A stretch of 64,000 nucleotides of DNA from Proteromonas lacertae (Eukaryota), in contig NGBS01000596.1 in assembly GCA_002245135.1 (NCBI GenBank), forward strand, positions 62,001 through 126,000. Reading direction: 5' to 3'. The notes below the pieces were generated by a model. That model did no database searches. It had not been told where the DNA came from and saw nothing but the letters and a program-made list of their open reading frames with translations. Positions 39,701 to 54,378 of the stretch are shown here, piece after piece (the first letter of the stretch is position 1; every line of letters starts with the position of its first letter). The translations under genes and the position numbers were made by a program.

Positions 39701-42700
39701 ACTATCTCCTAAATGGATTAATGTTCTACCAGCATTTTGGAATATTGATTTCTGTAAAACTGGATCTAAAGCTGGATCTAAAAATTCACCAATATCTTCT
39801 ATCAATAATGGTCTACCAATACGAATACAATTTTCTAAACTTCTCAACATATTCGCATTATCCATACGAATTACTTCCAAATGACTCTTAGCTTCCATCT
39901 GTTTTATCCATTTCTTGGCTTGTTCTTGTGGATCAATCATTAATGGCCATCTTTTACCTCTTGTAGCTAAAACAGCATTATCTGTTGATACTGTATCTGT
40001 TGGTAAACCATTAATGTTCCATTCTCTTAATACAATTGGATCACCTAAAGTACCAAATAAAGAGAATTTATCACTAGAAGGAACTTCTTTTTCTTTGATT
40101 CTACCAAACCATTCTTCAATCATACTTTCTCTGTATGGACCAGTAAAAGCACCATAATAAGATATACAAGCGGCAGATATAAATACATCACCAACTAATG
40201 TTAATAACTGTTCATCGTAGGTTTTTACACTCTCTTTCCAACGTACTTGTTCATCAGCTAAACCAGTTGTTAATTTCTGAGCTCTTCCTAAACGATCAGC
40301 TGTTAACTTTTGATCAGCTTTTAATTGGTTTAATTCTTCCATTGTTCGATTTAATAAATCTGTCTTTTCTTGTACAGCATCTTTGACTTCTTGTAATTGA
40401 GATAATTTCTTATCTAATTCACCTTTTGCTAAGGCATATTTTGCATCCATCTCAGCTAATATCTTTCTCTTTGGTTCTACTACTTTTGCTACTTCACTGT
40501 AATTATACATAGCATGAATCCACATACAAATACTTGTAGCTGCTACAGATACACGTTGTACATTTTCTACTCTCATTTCATCTTTATTTACATAACCAAC
40601 AATCTTCTTTATAATCTGTGGAGATATCTTATCTTTATCATAATTCTTTAATAAATTCATAAAGTCACTTCTACCTAAAATCTTCTTAGATGTATCCCAA
40701 TCTGGTTTTTCACCTAATAATATACACACAGCTTCCATAACAGTCTGTACTGCAGGTGGTGGTTTAGTAAATGATTTGACTTCTGTAATATCTTTCTTAT
40801 CCAATTTATCTAAAGCTTCTAATGCTGAATTCAAGGCTGGCATAGCAACATCTAAATCAGCTTGAGCATCAGCTCTTAATGCATTCACTTCATTAGCTTG
40901 TTTCTCTACAATTGCAGCTTCTTGTGTAACTTTAGCTTCTAATGCATCTGCATCAGCTTTTTCTTCAGATACTTTTTCTACTAATACTTCTGTTTCTTCA
41001 CTCTTCTTGGTTAATACTGGTTCTAATTTAGTTAATTCTTCTTGTAAACTTGCTACAACAGAGTTTGTTTCTTCTAATTTACCTACACCAGTTGCTAATT
41101 TATTCTTAGATGCATTAATTTCATCTCTTCTTTCTTGTAACATAGAAATATATGAATTAATCAAATCTAAATAACTCTTTGGTGTTGTATATACTTTTCT
41201 TCTCAATTCATTAAAGAATTTAGTAGCATAAACTTCTACATCTAAATGAATCTGAGCACATTCATTGGCTAATATTTCTCTAATATTATCACCACCTAAA
41301 TTCACTTCAGTTAAGAATCTATTAGCTACAGAAATCAAAGCATCATAAGGCCAAGGCATAAACCAATCAATTGTACAGCAGTTAATCAATGAAGGGAATT
41401 GTCTACATCTTACACGAAGTGAATCACCAACTGGAGACATACACAACACAATATGTAAATTATCTCTAACACGTTGTACAAAGGTTTGATAACAAATATC
41501 TCTTGATTCTGGTAAACCCATTTTACGAACAACTGGACGAATATCTTCAATTAGTTTGTTCTTTTCATCATTGGCGTAAAGATTTGGAACTTCACCTGTA
41601 TTTAATACATTATTCACATCTTCTAAGAATTGTTCTTTCACAATATGATTATCAGTAAATAAAAACACTATTTGATTACCTTCAATACCAGCAACTTGCA
41701 TTAGTTTCTTAATATCATCGTGGAATTCATTAATACCATAACCTCTTGTTAATTCAATCTGGAAACACTTTATACTTGCCATATAACATGCCATTCTTGT
41801 TAATGATTGTTTACCACTACCACCAACACCTACTAACATTGCATTACCTCTTGGTTGTCTTAATATTCTAGCAATACGTGATACATGCTCTGTGGCATTT
41901 CTGAAGAAGACTAACTTCATTTTGTTAGTGAAATCATTGTTGTAATCTTCTAACATATCATCTAATACTTTAACAGTCTTTTTATAATCTCTGCTTACTT
42001 CATAAATACTAATATTATCAATTCTTGGCTTGATCCAATCAACAAACATTATTGAATCTTTACCTATAAATTGTTCTACTTCAAATCCATCACTAGATAT
42101 ATGGAATTCACTTGTAATAACTCTAACCAAATTCTCAGCAAACCAATTCTTATCTTCATCATTAATCAATCTATCACAGAATATTCTAAGACATTCATGA
42201 GCCCATAATTGAATCATTACATTTGGTAAACTAACTTCTCTTGGTCTTACCATCAAACAACCTTGAATAACTTTAGAAACATCACGAAGGTTGAATGTAT
42301 AATGTGATTTAGCTGGAGTTGGTTTTAAATTAGCTTTTACATTACAATATACTTCAATTGTACCTCTTAACATAGCTCTTGATAGTCTTTGAATATCTTT
42401 TGAAAATCCTTCTAAGAATCCATTCAATATACTTCCAAATATCTTCTCCAATACTTCATCACCAGCTGCAGGAACACTCATCATATGACAATGACGTGTA
42501 AATCTTTGAGTCACTTTGTTTCTACCTCCACCAGGTGGTGCAGCAGCTACTAATAGGGTTGTATCCATTATATCCTTCCAGAATAACTTATCTCTATCAT
42601 AAAAACCATTGAAATCTTCAAATTGTCTCAATAATTCAATTGGTGGTTGAGCTCCATATTGTTCTACAGCAGGCATATTCACATCATCAACAAATATAAT

Positions 42701-45700
42701 CACTTTCTTACCAGCTGGACCTCCTAATAGATTCTTTCTCTTCTTTTCTAATTTATCTTCAATACTTGCTTGTGTAGCTAATGAACTAGTTTGAGCTGAG
42801 AAGTTCAACATTATATTCAAAGTTCCTTCGCCACCATCTTCTTCTGAAGCTCCCATATGGTTTAATAATGATTGAATAATCACAGTTTTACCTGTACCAG
42901 TAACACCAGTTAAAAATGCACTTCTATGAGCATGCATATCAGTTCTTAATATCTTTTCATATCTTACAGTATCTACAGTTGGTACAATAATACTGAAATA
43001 AGGTGCATTCATATCATAAACGAATTTTGGTACAATTTCACTCCATGAGACAAATTCTCGTTTATTTTCATCATAATATACATCATAAGCACCTCTTGGA
43101 CCAAACATTATATCTTTAAACTTATGTTGAATATGATCATCAAATGGTAAGATATCTTCATCTCTTAAGGATATACCAACTGACCAAATCAAACTATAAG
43201 CGAAGTAATTCTGTAAATGTTCGATGTCTATAATCTACATCTAATTCATGTTATCTTAATTTTACATTCTTTCAATAATTGAGTGAATAAAATACATAAA
43301 CTAGCAATAAGATTTATATCCATAGTCATAATAGGTTCTTGACATTTCTTTCTTTGGAATTCAATTACTTCATCAATATTATTATCAAATAAACTCTGTA
43401 TAAATTCATGTGTTTCTTCATCAAATTCAGGGAATGTACTTGCTAACCATGTTGTCACATATGGTCTCCATCCTAATGTAGTTTCTGGTACAAATACAAC
43501 ACCTAATCTTGGACACAGTAGCAGGTGAAGCTTCTTCTAAATCACCTACTTCAAATAACATTCTCATTTGATTTCTTAATTTGATTCTTTGTCCATTTGC
43601 CAAACATAAGGTTTGATTATCATCTAAGACAGTATTCATATTTTCAATCCACAATGCATCAATTGGACCATCAAATACAGTCCATCTTCTATCTTCATCT
43701 TCAAAGGTTGTTGCATATCTAATAATTGAAGATGCTAAACCATCTCTCCATTCTTGTGTTAATTCATTAAATTCACCATATAATTCACCCATTGTAATTG
43801 CTTTTGGATTAATTACTGTATATGTAACATGTTGGAATGTTTCATTTTTACTTTCTTTATCTCTTAAAGTTCCCATTGACTTTGCTAAGATTCTATAACT
43901 TGTGGTTTTACCTCCACCACTTGGACCTACTAATACAACTCCAAATCTGACATTAAATGTTTCATACAATTGAATTGTCTTTGTTAAAAATTCATCTTTT
44001 GGTTGTAATCCAGCTTTAGTTATTTCATCAATCAATGTTTCTTGTAACTCACCAGTATCATTTACAGGAACTACAACATTAGGGAATAAATCATTAACAA
44101 TAGCATGGAATAATGGTAAATCATCAGCTAAGAACTTAGGTACATTTGAATCTCTCATTGCTCTAATCAACACAACATCTTCACTTAATGTTGGATTACT
44201 ACGTTTTAATGAACCAGCCATGACTAATACAGACTTTACAGCTCTTAAACCATAATCGTAGTGATGTTGTTGAGATAATTGTTCACTAGATAATTTGTAT
44301 AAACGAACCATCTTTCTAGAAAGATTCTTTGAATCATCAAAACCTTCAGCGAATAACATAATTTCAGCAATTAATGCATAATCAGGAACCATCATAGATA
44401 CAGGTCTGAAGAAGATCTTTAAATTATCAGGTAATTCAGTACGACCAGCATAACCAGGATTCATAGTAATAATAACAATATGTGGATAGATTGGAATTAA
44501 AGTACCTTCAAATACAATCTTTTCATCTGTTCCTAATAAACCTTGACGTAATGTCAATAACTGTTGTGCAACCACAGATAATACTTCAATATCAATTCTA
44601 TTAAATTCATCTAGACAAGTCCAACAACCACATTGAGCTAAGCCACTAAATAATTTACCCAACATCTTATAATCAATTTGATCAGAACAGTTAAATACCA
44701 CACAAAGAATGCCCAAAGCTTTAGCTAAATCTTTAGAACTTTCAGTCTTACCAGTACCAGCTGGACCAGCAGGAGCAGCACCTAAACTCAATCGAATAGC
44801 TCCTGTTATAGTCATCCAACATCTATCAGTTAATGGAGTAATAACCAAACGACTAGTACATCCTTGATATTCATAACCATAGATTAATTCAGTACTGGAT
44901 TGTCTAACTACACATTCTTCTCGATCTTTATCCCAGTAATATCTTAATTGCATTTGCCATGAAAAACTATTGATATTATCTACTCTTTTTAAACATAATG
45001 ATTCTATAATATCTCTTGCATGTACATCTGTTGTTACTAAAGCGACAATAATTTTTCTTTGATTGGATGTTAATTGTCCTCTAACTAAAGCAGTCATTTG
45101 ACTTAATTGCACTTTATTTTGATCATACCATGTTCTTAAAGCTTGAACTGGATTGTCTGAAGTTAATGCTTTCTCTGTATTTCTTGTCCACATGATTTGT
45201 GCAGCTGTAGCAACAACTTGTCCAAAATGATCCATCACCCATTGTGGTCTTTTTTCTTTCTCATAATCTACTACACCTTCATAAATTAATCTTTTTATTG
45301 TTTTCTTCATATCATTTTGTACAGCTGTTAACCATTCTTCAACTTGTCCTCTTGCTTTTAGATTCTTTCCTAATGGTACTTTTTCACCTTCTCCTGAAAT
45401 CATTGCAAATATATCAATACTACTAGCTTCAGCACCAAAATCTAACTTCATAATTTGATCAAAGCATTTACGTAAATGAGGTTGTACAGCTTGTACATTA
45501 CGAGTTTGTACCAATATTTCCAATAATTCATCATTGGATAAGAAATAGAATCTTGGGAATGCTTGACGTTTGGTTTCTAAATAATCTTCTAAAGATTTCT
45601 GGATTTTATCCAATACTTCATTATTCTTTATTAAAGTCTCTTTCAATCCTTTCAATGTACCAGCTGTAACTGCATTTGGATTAGCATTTACTCTTCTCAT

Positions 45701-48700
45701 TATATCTTTCCAATTTCTATCAATATTTTCAAATAACTTTGTTTCTTGTGGTAATTGTCTTTGAATATCACCAGCAGAGAAAATAGTTTCCAAATACATC
45801 CATTGTTTCTGACAGTTAAACCATTCATCCATTGTTTCTTGTAATAACATTAATTTCTTCTGCCAATATTCTACTTCATCTCTTATTGGACTACAATATC
45901 TACTACCCATAATTGTATTTAACGTAACTAATGAATCATCTAATGCTGCAATAATATCATCAGGAGCACCTAAAATAAACACATCCTTTTGCTCTTTATA
46001 AGGTAATACTTCAAATTCTAAGTCCTTCCATACTGATTTAACTTTAACTTGTAATAGATCTAATAAAGCAGCTTCTTGTACAGCATTATTGGCGATTCTA
46101 TTGATTTCTGGTTGATGAATAATAACATTCAATTGAATTAATTCACCAAGTGAATAAGATTTTCCTTCTTCAAATGTATGTCCAATAATTTCTTGGATTT
46201 CCTGTAAATGTCTTTGTTGTAAATGTGGATTTCTTAAATCCAATATAACTGGTAATAAAGTCTTGAAATCTTCAACCATTTGTTTGAACTTTGGCACAAC
46301 TCTTGAACCTGGCAAACCTCTTGCACAAATTGCGACAGCTTTATTGTATTGTTGTACATATTTATTCAATTCATCAGTGTTGATCTTATCTAATGGAGTA
46401 TTTTTCCATTTTTCAGTTAATTCTCCCCATTCTTTCAATCCTTTCCATAATTGCATCTTACACTTCAAATCCATTGCTACTTCATCCAATACTTCATATT
46501 GTTGTACTTCTTGATTCAATAATATCTGATAAGATTCATATTTCTGACTTTGTTCAGTTAATTTCTGAACTTCTTTCTCTTGTTTCTCTAAGAATTCTAT
46601 TACATCATCTATTGGTGCATCTGGATTACCGATCATTGCATATTCTAATTGTTCTCTCACTGTAATTACATTTCTCTTCAATACTGGAATCTCTTTAGCA
46701 ATCTTTGCAGCAAATACTTTCTTATCTTGTTCTAAGTTACCTTCACAATATCTTAAACCTTCTTCAATTGTATTCATTAAATCAGTTAAGGAGATATTAT
46801 TAGCATTTTGGGTTTCTGATAATTCCCATTCATTATTCTCCATTACTTCACATAAATCAAAGATTCTTTCATATTTTGTTTTAGCTAATGGCATAGCTTC
46901 AGCACATTCATTTAAAAACTTCACTTTTTCAACAAATTCTTCAACTGATGATGGTGTGGAAGATACCTTTTGATTTCTCATCTTTAATTCAGCTAATAAT
47001 TCAGTAGTAAACTCAGCAATTAATCCAGGAAGCATTTCATGCATTGCAGATATACAACTCATTGGTGTTGGTTTAATATTAGCTTTAGTTTCAATACTGT
47101 CAACATATAACACCATAATATCAGCACTTGATGGTATATCTTCTAACTCTTTATATTGTTTGTAATATTTCTCTATTGTCTTTCTCCAAACATCAGCTGT
47201 AGCATCGTGGAATAATTCTTGTACATTTCTTTCTGTATTATTATTTTCTAAGTATATATCTCTATATGGTTCAAAACACTTACAATATTCAGTCACTTCA
47301 TCAAATGAATGATTTAAACCATTTCTTATCTTCTCTACAAATTCTGTATATTGATCCATCTTCATAAACACATTTCCTAGTATATTTTCTTCACTTAAGT
47401 CCATATCAGCATCTTCTTCAGTAACAGCCATTGTATAAGGCTTCAAATCTTCGTGTGTTAATAACATCTCATTATGATTGATAATATCAACACCATTACT
47501 AATTAATCTATCAAATCTATCCCATGTATCTTTGTAATTAGGATATACTGATATAGTACCATCTGTATCACTTACACTTACGACTGTACTGATTAATGGA
47601 TGATATTCATCTGGATTAGATGTTGTATTACTACCTTCTTCTATCACTTCTTCAGTTCTAATCTTATTAGGTGGTAAATTAGGTGGTTCAATGGATTGAT
47701 ATAATTCGTCTAATGACTCTATACATATTTCAATAAGTGTATGAGCAATAACAAAATCAGTTAATCGAATAAATCGAGTTAATCTTCTACATTCAGATCT
47801 TAAAGCTGCCTTCTTTGTAAATGACATTTTCTGATCTGCTGAAATATTATTGGCTACTAAAAATGCATCTAATACTTTATCACATGATGTTCTTAATAAT
47901 AATCTTGTCTTTACATTGAATTGCTCTAAGTAATTAATAGCATATGCTTTTCTTTTACCTTGCTCTTTTGTAAATTCTTCTAAATCTAATGTCTTTGAAT
48001 ATCCTAAACTGAATAATTTACATTCAGTGTGAGCTTCAACACATAATAATCTTATCTTAAACATACATTCTCTTAAGATTGGATTTAGTATGAAATAATT
48101 CTTATCTATTGCTTCACTAGCTTGAGCTATCTTTTTGTAGTGTAAATTCTTTTTCCACCATGTATAACTCTTCCATATTGGATACTTTTCAAAGAAGGGG
48201 ATTTCTTTAATTGTATTGAAAATAGTATATTCTCTCTCAAATTGTTCTAAACTAGTAAACTCACATTCATTCTCATAGAAATGAGTAATACCGTGTTTAG
48301 AAAGTGTGTAATAATCATTAATAATAGATGATTGCTTTGCAAATGTATTAGTAGTTGTTAATGATGAAGTTGATTGACTTCCTGTCATTGATTTTCTTCC
48401 ATTTGTACTTGCCATTGATTTTCTACCAGTTTTTGAATTATTATTATTATTGTTATTGTTATTATTATTTGTATTGTTATTGTCGTTTTGTATTTCACTG
48501 TGTGGTACAACCATCATATCATAATAACCATATAAATACTTGTTTTTGGATGGTCTTTTGTTTTTAGGTAATAAATAGAGGAAATTACCTTTACTAAAGT
48601 CATCTAAGGTTGCTTCATCAAGATTTAAGGATTCAATGAATTTACCATAATGAGGTTTCTTATGGAAAGTAAATACATCATCATCTTCTTCCATTTTGTT

Positions 48701-49146
48701 TTGATTTTGGTTAGCTGCTGTTTCATTAAACTGTACAACATCCTCTAAGGGTAAGGTTGATGTTGATGATATTGTTGTCAAACCAGCAGCTTGAGGTAAG
48801 GTGGGAAAACTACTATCTGCTTGTAATGTTTTCTTTTTATTGATATTTCTCAATGGTGACGTTTCTGTATATACCTTCTTTAACGGAGGCTATTTAGAAT
48901 ATATATATAACGAAATTATACATGAGTAGTGGTAATTAATGTTGGTAGGGTGGTAGTAGTCATAGCCTTTCTTTTAAAATTCAATTTTGTTTTAGACAAT
49001 GTGCCATCACACACAGGACTGTCATTTGTTAATCTGATATTGCTTTTAGAGTATCTAAAACATAATTTATCTAGTCAATACAATCTAGAAGTCAAATCCG
49101 GTGCATTTGAAGACATCCCTTTTATCTTCTTTGCTGTTCTGTCCAT
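36799..49146 (-). CDS. axonemal inner-arm dynein heavy chain (DNAH6-like), about 4000 aa, 3 introns and 5 apparent +1 frameshifts
   Basis: Linker FPRFYFLSNDELLEIL; P-loops GPAGTGKT, GPSGGGKT, GVTGTGKT and GVGGSGKQS; CLDEFNRI; stalk; WVMLQNCHL; C-terminus CPVYKTSTRAGTLSTTG. The N-terminal tail is short, as in single-headed dyneins. Confidence 0.93.
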
Positions 49147-49414
49147 TGAAGTTTAAATAACGACAAAAAGCTTGATCTAAAAATTTGGCTCGAACATGTA
49201 ATTCATGTCATTTTGTCATTTTTCTTTCTTTCTCTATTTTCTCATTATACATTTGTTAGATGTACTTTATTTTATCATGTTAAAAGTTAATTGAATATTA
49301 TACAATGATAAAATGAATTATGTATTTTATATTCATAGTATTACTTTTCAGTTGCTTTTAGTATATGGAGATTGTTCTAAAACACAAAATATACATTTAA
49401 AAAATCTAAATTAA

Positions 49415-50826
49415 TTATCTAATTCTTTCATAGAACAAAACATATGCATTTTCGCTTATTATTTCATCCTCTTTGCATTTTTCAACAATTTTGTCATTAT
49501 AGCAATACCACTGTCTATCAAAATTATGTGCTTTTGATACATAATGTCCAGAATTAATATTACCATAATGTTCCTATATAATGAGAATTATATTTATAGA
49601 TTTATATACTGATATAGCAAAGAGTTTATATTTACTAGAATTTCCTGGAAAGTACTTAGATAGACTTAATTTAAGTGGATAATGAACCAAAGTGTTTATT
49701 TTGTTTCCACCTGTATAGAATATACTATATTCTCTATATTCAAATCTTTTCAAGTAAAAATTCAATTAAAGGAATGAATAGATTAATTTAAAAAAATGAT
49801 ATATGAAATATTAGTATTTTTGGTAAAGATAAAATCTCACTTGATTTAGTTGCACTTCTTTTCTCATTACATTTTGAACAAAGCCATTCATCTTTAATAT
49901 TCTCTTTCTCGAAATACTCATCTAAACAGCTGTACAGTGTAATTCTATTATTATTCATAATGTTATATTTTTCATAAGATTCATCAAAGATAATCATATC
50001 ATTGATTGGATTGAAGTTTTTCATTTTCTCATAATACAATTCAATATTCATTATATTCATATCATTAGGGTTTGTAGATATATTTTTTATCATTTCTTTT
50101 TGATTATCGAATAAAGTCATAATGAATTGTAACACTTTTTCTGTCTATTTATAATAATATAACTAAATATAAATATTAATACTTCACAATAGGGAACATA
50201 GCTTGGATATAAATAAATATATTGCTCATTTACACAACTAAAGAAATTCAAAAAAGTATAATTTTTGCAATAATGAAAATTACTATTATTTATTGTATTA
50301 GGAATTGGTTGAAAAGCAGATTCATTCAACTGCAAATCATCTGGTTGAATTGAAAATAACACGTTTGGAGATTCATTTCCATTATTATTATTATCATCAA
50401 TATTATCCAACTCTAAATCATTAAAATCGTCACTATCAATTCTATTAAATAAATACAACTCAAAATTATATAAATCTTGTGGTAAACTATCAACATTATG
50501 TGAATCATAAATGTATTTATTAACGACACATGGATAGAATATCTTATTCTTATCAATATTATATTCTTGACAAAATTCATCTATGATTGAATCAATGCTA
50601 TTCGCTAATGTCTTTAAAATGAAATAAGTAGGTGGTATGATATTAGTTGAATAATAGATGATTCTTATATAATGATATTCTTTTGGAATTGAAAGTGAAA
50701 AATATAAAAATGTTTCACTTGATTCACTTGTACTACTACAAACATCACATTTTATTATCGATTTTAGTTTACTTCTAAATAAGTATTGGATTATTGTTAA
50801 CTTTTCTTCTTCTTTTTCCTATATTA

Positions 50827-50872
<46 letters not shown>

Positions 50873-52583
50873 GATAAACAGTTCATATTGCTTTAATGCA
50901 TCATCTAAAGTGTTCAGAATATAATCCATAAACTCACTTGTGTCGTGTTGATTATTATCATCAAAATCAGGAACTATTGAAATAAATGACTTTCTAAACT
51001 TGTTTATATCAATATATCTTTTAGTTGGTTTATAAATTTTTATTAAAAATTGAATAAATCTATTGATTAAATATATATAATATGATTATATTTTCATACT
51101 CGTTTAAAAAAACACAATATTTTTCATTTATTAAACTATCAACTCCAATTCTATCAACAAAAAAATCAACTAAATCTTTAGAATGACACAAGCACTGTAA
51201 CATTGAATTCATGTAACATGTATTGCCGATATTTGTAATACCAACAGCGCCAGATGTAAATATACTAGCATCTTCATTATCCTCCTCCTCCTCCTCATCA
51301 TCATCATCATCAACATATGATTTCTTATTATAATTATCCAATATTATTTCATCTGGATTGATATTGGGTATTAAATTGTTATATTCGTTGTTCACTATAT
51401 ATATATATATATATATATAAGTATAAATACAAGAAAAATGAATATTCTCATCATTAATCTTTACATCATAAGCTGAATAAGGTGGTTCACATATTTGTAT
51501 AGATAATTTATCATCAACTTTCTATTTGATTATGTAATATATATATATACATCATAGATAGTTGCTTCTTTCCATTGATCTCCTTCATAATACATTATAT
51601 AATCATAAATATTGATATTTTTATTAACAGGAGGAGTATAATATGAATAATTCTTTATTCTTACATTTATATCTGATTTGTTACTATAACATAAATAATA
51701 TTTCAATTTAATAATATTATACAATTCATATTCCCTTCTATCATAAGTACACTTAAATGTTAACGAATTATTATTAACATTCATTAATACACCAACATAC
51801 CAACAATTACCTAATTTTATATCATATTTATGTTGTATTTGTAAGGATAAATTATTCATTTCATTTTCATTTGTGAAATCAACTATTATTGCATTATATT
51901 GAATTCCATTTGGATGGTATGCAGTTTCTGGTTCTAAAAGATTGGATTTACGAAAATAGAGATGATTTGGTGAAAGTTTAAACTGCAAACTATAAAGAAA
52001 ATAATAACACAAAATAACAACTATACATTCTACTTAATATTGTGATAATTTGATTCATTGTGTAAGAAGGATGAAGAAATATTGATGTTTCTTTTTTTAT
52101 TATTTCATTATTAATTCGTAAGTATATCTCTGTTAAATGTGGGTTTATGTATGCTTGAATTAATTTTGAATCTTCATCAATATATGTTATATAACCAATA
52201 TATGCTTTAATAGGTTTTAAGAAATATTCACTAAGCATATTATATAGTTCTTCTGAGCAAAAATGAGAGTTATTCTATTTTAAAAAATATGACATTCTAA
52301 TATACTTTTAAATTAATTAAAAATACACTATTCGATATATTTTCAGTTTTTATTTTCTATAAACAGTAGAGTAAAACAAATATACCTCATGAAAATTAGT
52401 TGTAACAATATTCTTGTGCTGAACTATAGACTCAAACCAATCATTCTCAATAACATAACTATTTCATATAAATAACCATACCACAAAATACATTTTATCA
52501 CATAGATTGAATTTCGTATGCCTATCCATCCACTTTAGCACATCGATTTGATTTGAAGTGAGAATAGGCTCATTTTTATTCAT
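49415..52583 (-). CDS. ubiquitin-specific protease (peptidase C19) with probable N-terminal DUSP-like region
   Basis: Cys box [25 protein letters not shown], zinc ribbon WLCSKC...LPKIL, and His box [10 protein letters not shown]...WYCYND...AYVLFYER. Many tiny introns. Confidence 0.85.
50829..50868. repeat. (TA)n microsatellite in a USP intron
   Basis: About 19 TA units. Similar intronic TA runs occur near 20505, 24610, 30090 and 51400. Confidence 0.9.
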
Positions 52584-52647
52584 CTATGAAGGATAAAGAG
52601 AATATGGTAAAACGGGTGTTTGAAAAAACTACGAAAAATAATTCAAA

Positions 52648-54171
52648 ATGAAAATTAAAGTCATTTCTCGTAATGAAGAAGAGTTTACTAAGGAAAGAAA
52701 ATTAGATACTTTAAAAGTATTCCGTAATCTTAACCCAGTTGAACATCCATTTGAACGAGCAAGAGAAGTATTAATTTTCATATTATCGAAATAATAGTAT
52801 ACTCGTGCTTTAAATGCTGTAAAATTGGACAAGATATTTGCAAAGCCATTTATAGGTGCTTTAGAAGGACATTCAGATGGAATTAACTGTTTATCATCAA
52901 ATCCAAAGAGTTTAGTATATTATACATTCGTTATAAATCTTAAATATATAAATAGGTTGCAATGTTTTCTGGATCATGTGATGGTGAGATTAGAGTGTGG
53001 GATTTGCCTTTACGTAAAACAATGTGGAGAGCTCATAGTCATGCAGGTTTTGTGCGTGGATTAGTAATAGATCAAACAGGTGAAAACCTATTTACTTGCG
53101 GTGATGATAAAACAATAAAGATGTATAAGACATATTTAAATATCGATGGAACAGTTCAATCACTCAATGAAGATCCAGAACCAAATATGATTTGGTATGG
53201 AAAATCACCATTTACGTATAAATTATTAATTTTCTAAATAATTATAGTGGAATCGATCACTGTTGGCAAAATGATTTATTTATAACATGTAGTAAGACAG
53301 TAGATGTATGGAGTCACATGCATAATACTCCAATACAGACATTTAAGTGGGGTGATGATACAGTCACTTCTGTTAAATATAATCCTAGTGATCCTAATAT
53401 AGTATGCAGTACTAGTTATGATAGAGGTATTGCACTCTATGATGTATAGATTATTTTAAATTATTATACAATTATAGTTAAGAAGTGGTATACCCATTCA
53501 TAAAGTCATTTTACAAATGTGTACTAACTGTATTGCATGGAATCCGATGGAGCCTATGAATTTTACAGCCGCTAATGAAGATACTAACTTATATACCTTT
53601 GATATGAGAAAATTAGCATCTGCTTCTGTTGTACATAAAGATCATATCCAAGCAGTGATGTCTGTAAGCTATTCTCCTACAGGACAAGAATTTGTTACAG
53701 GATCTTATGATAGAACTATTAGATTGTTTGACAGATGGAGTGGAAGGTCTAAAGAAGTATATCATGATAGAAGAATGCAGAAAGTATTCAGTGTTAGCTT
53801 CAGTAGCGATGCACAATATGTATTGAGTGGTTCTGAAGATACTGATATAAGAATTTGGAAAGCTAAAGCTTCTAAGTCTTTAGGATATAAAGTACACAGA
53901 GAAAAGGAGAAATTGGAGTATTTAGACCAATTGAAACAGAGATATAAGCATATGCCTGAAATTAGAAGAATTATGAAGTATATAATCATTCACTCTATTC
54001 ATTAATAGTCATCGTCATTTACCTAAAGCTATAATAACTGCAAATAGAAGAAATGTAAAACACACTCTATCAGTAAAGAGGAAGTTTGAGAATAGAATGA
54101 AGCATTCTAAGAAAGGAACAGTGGTGCCAATCCCAGAAAAGACAAAGTCAATAGTGACACAAGTCGAATAA
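52648..54171 (+). CDS. DCAF13: DDB1- and CUL4-associated factor 13 / Sof1 (U3 snoRNP WD40 protein)
   Basis: MKIKVISR...HPFERARE|YTRALNAVKLDKIFAKPF, then WNPMEPMNFTAANED and YHDRRMQ, with a Sof1 C-terminal RHLPKAI. Confidence 0.95.
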
Positions 54172-54378
54172 TTTTTCTTTATATTTTATTTTCTTTGTTG
54201 TTCAATGTGTACTTGTTTTTTGATATAATGCAGTTTATATACAAGACATGTATGATAAAAAACCTAAAAAGAGAGTCAAGCCAACTTGATAAAACCGAAC
54301 ATCAAATAGTATTTGATAATCAAAGAAAAATATAACTATACGCACAATTTGCATTAATCTGCAGTCAGATCAAAAAAA

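Noticed and set aside
39398..49156. Many short plus-strand ORFs opposite dynein, and similar antisense ORFs elsewhere
   Set aside because: They are shadows of real genes on the other strand, with no motifs of their own.
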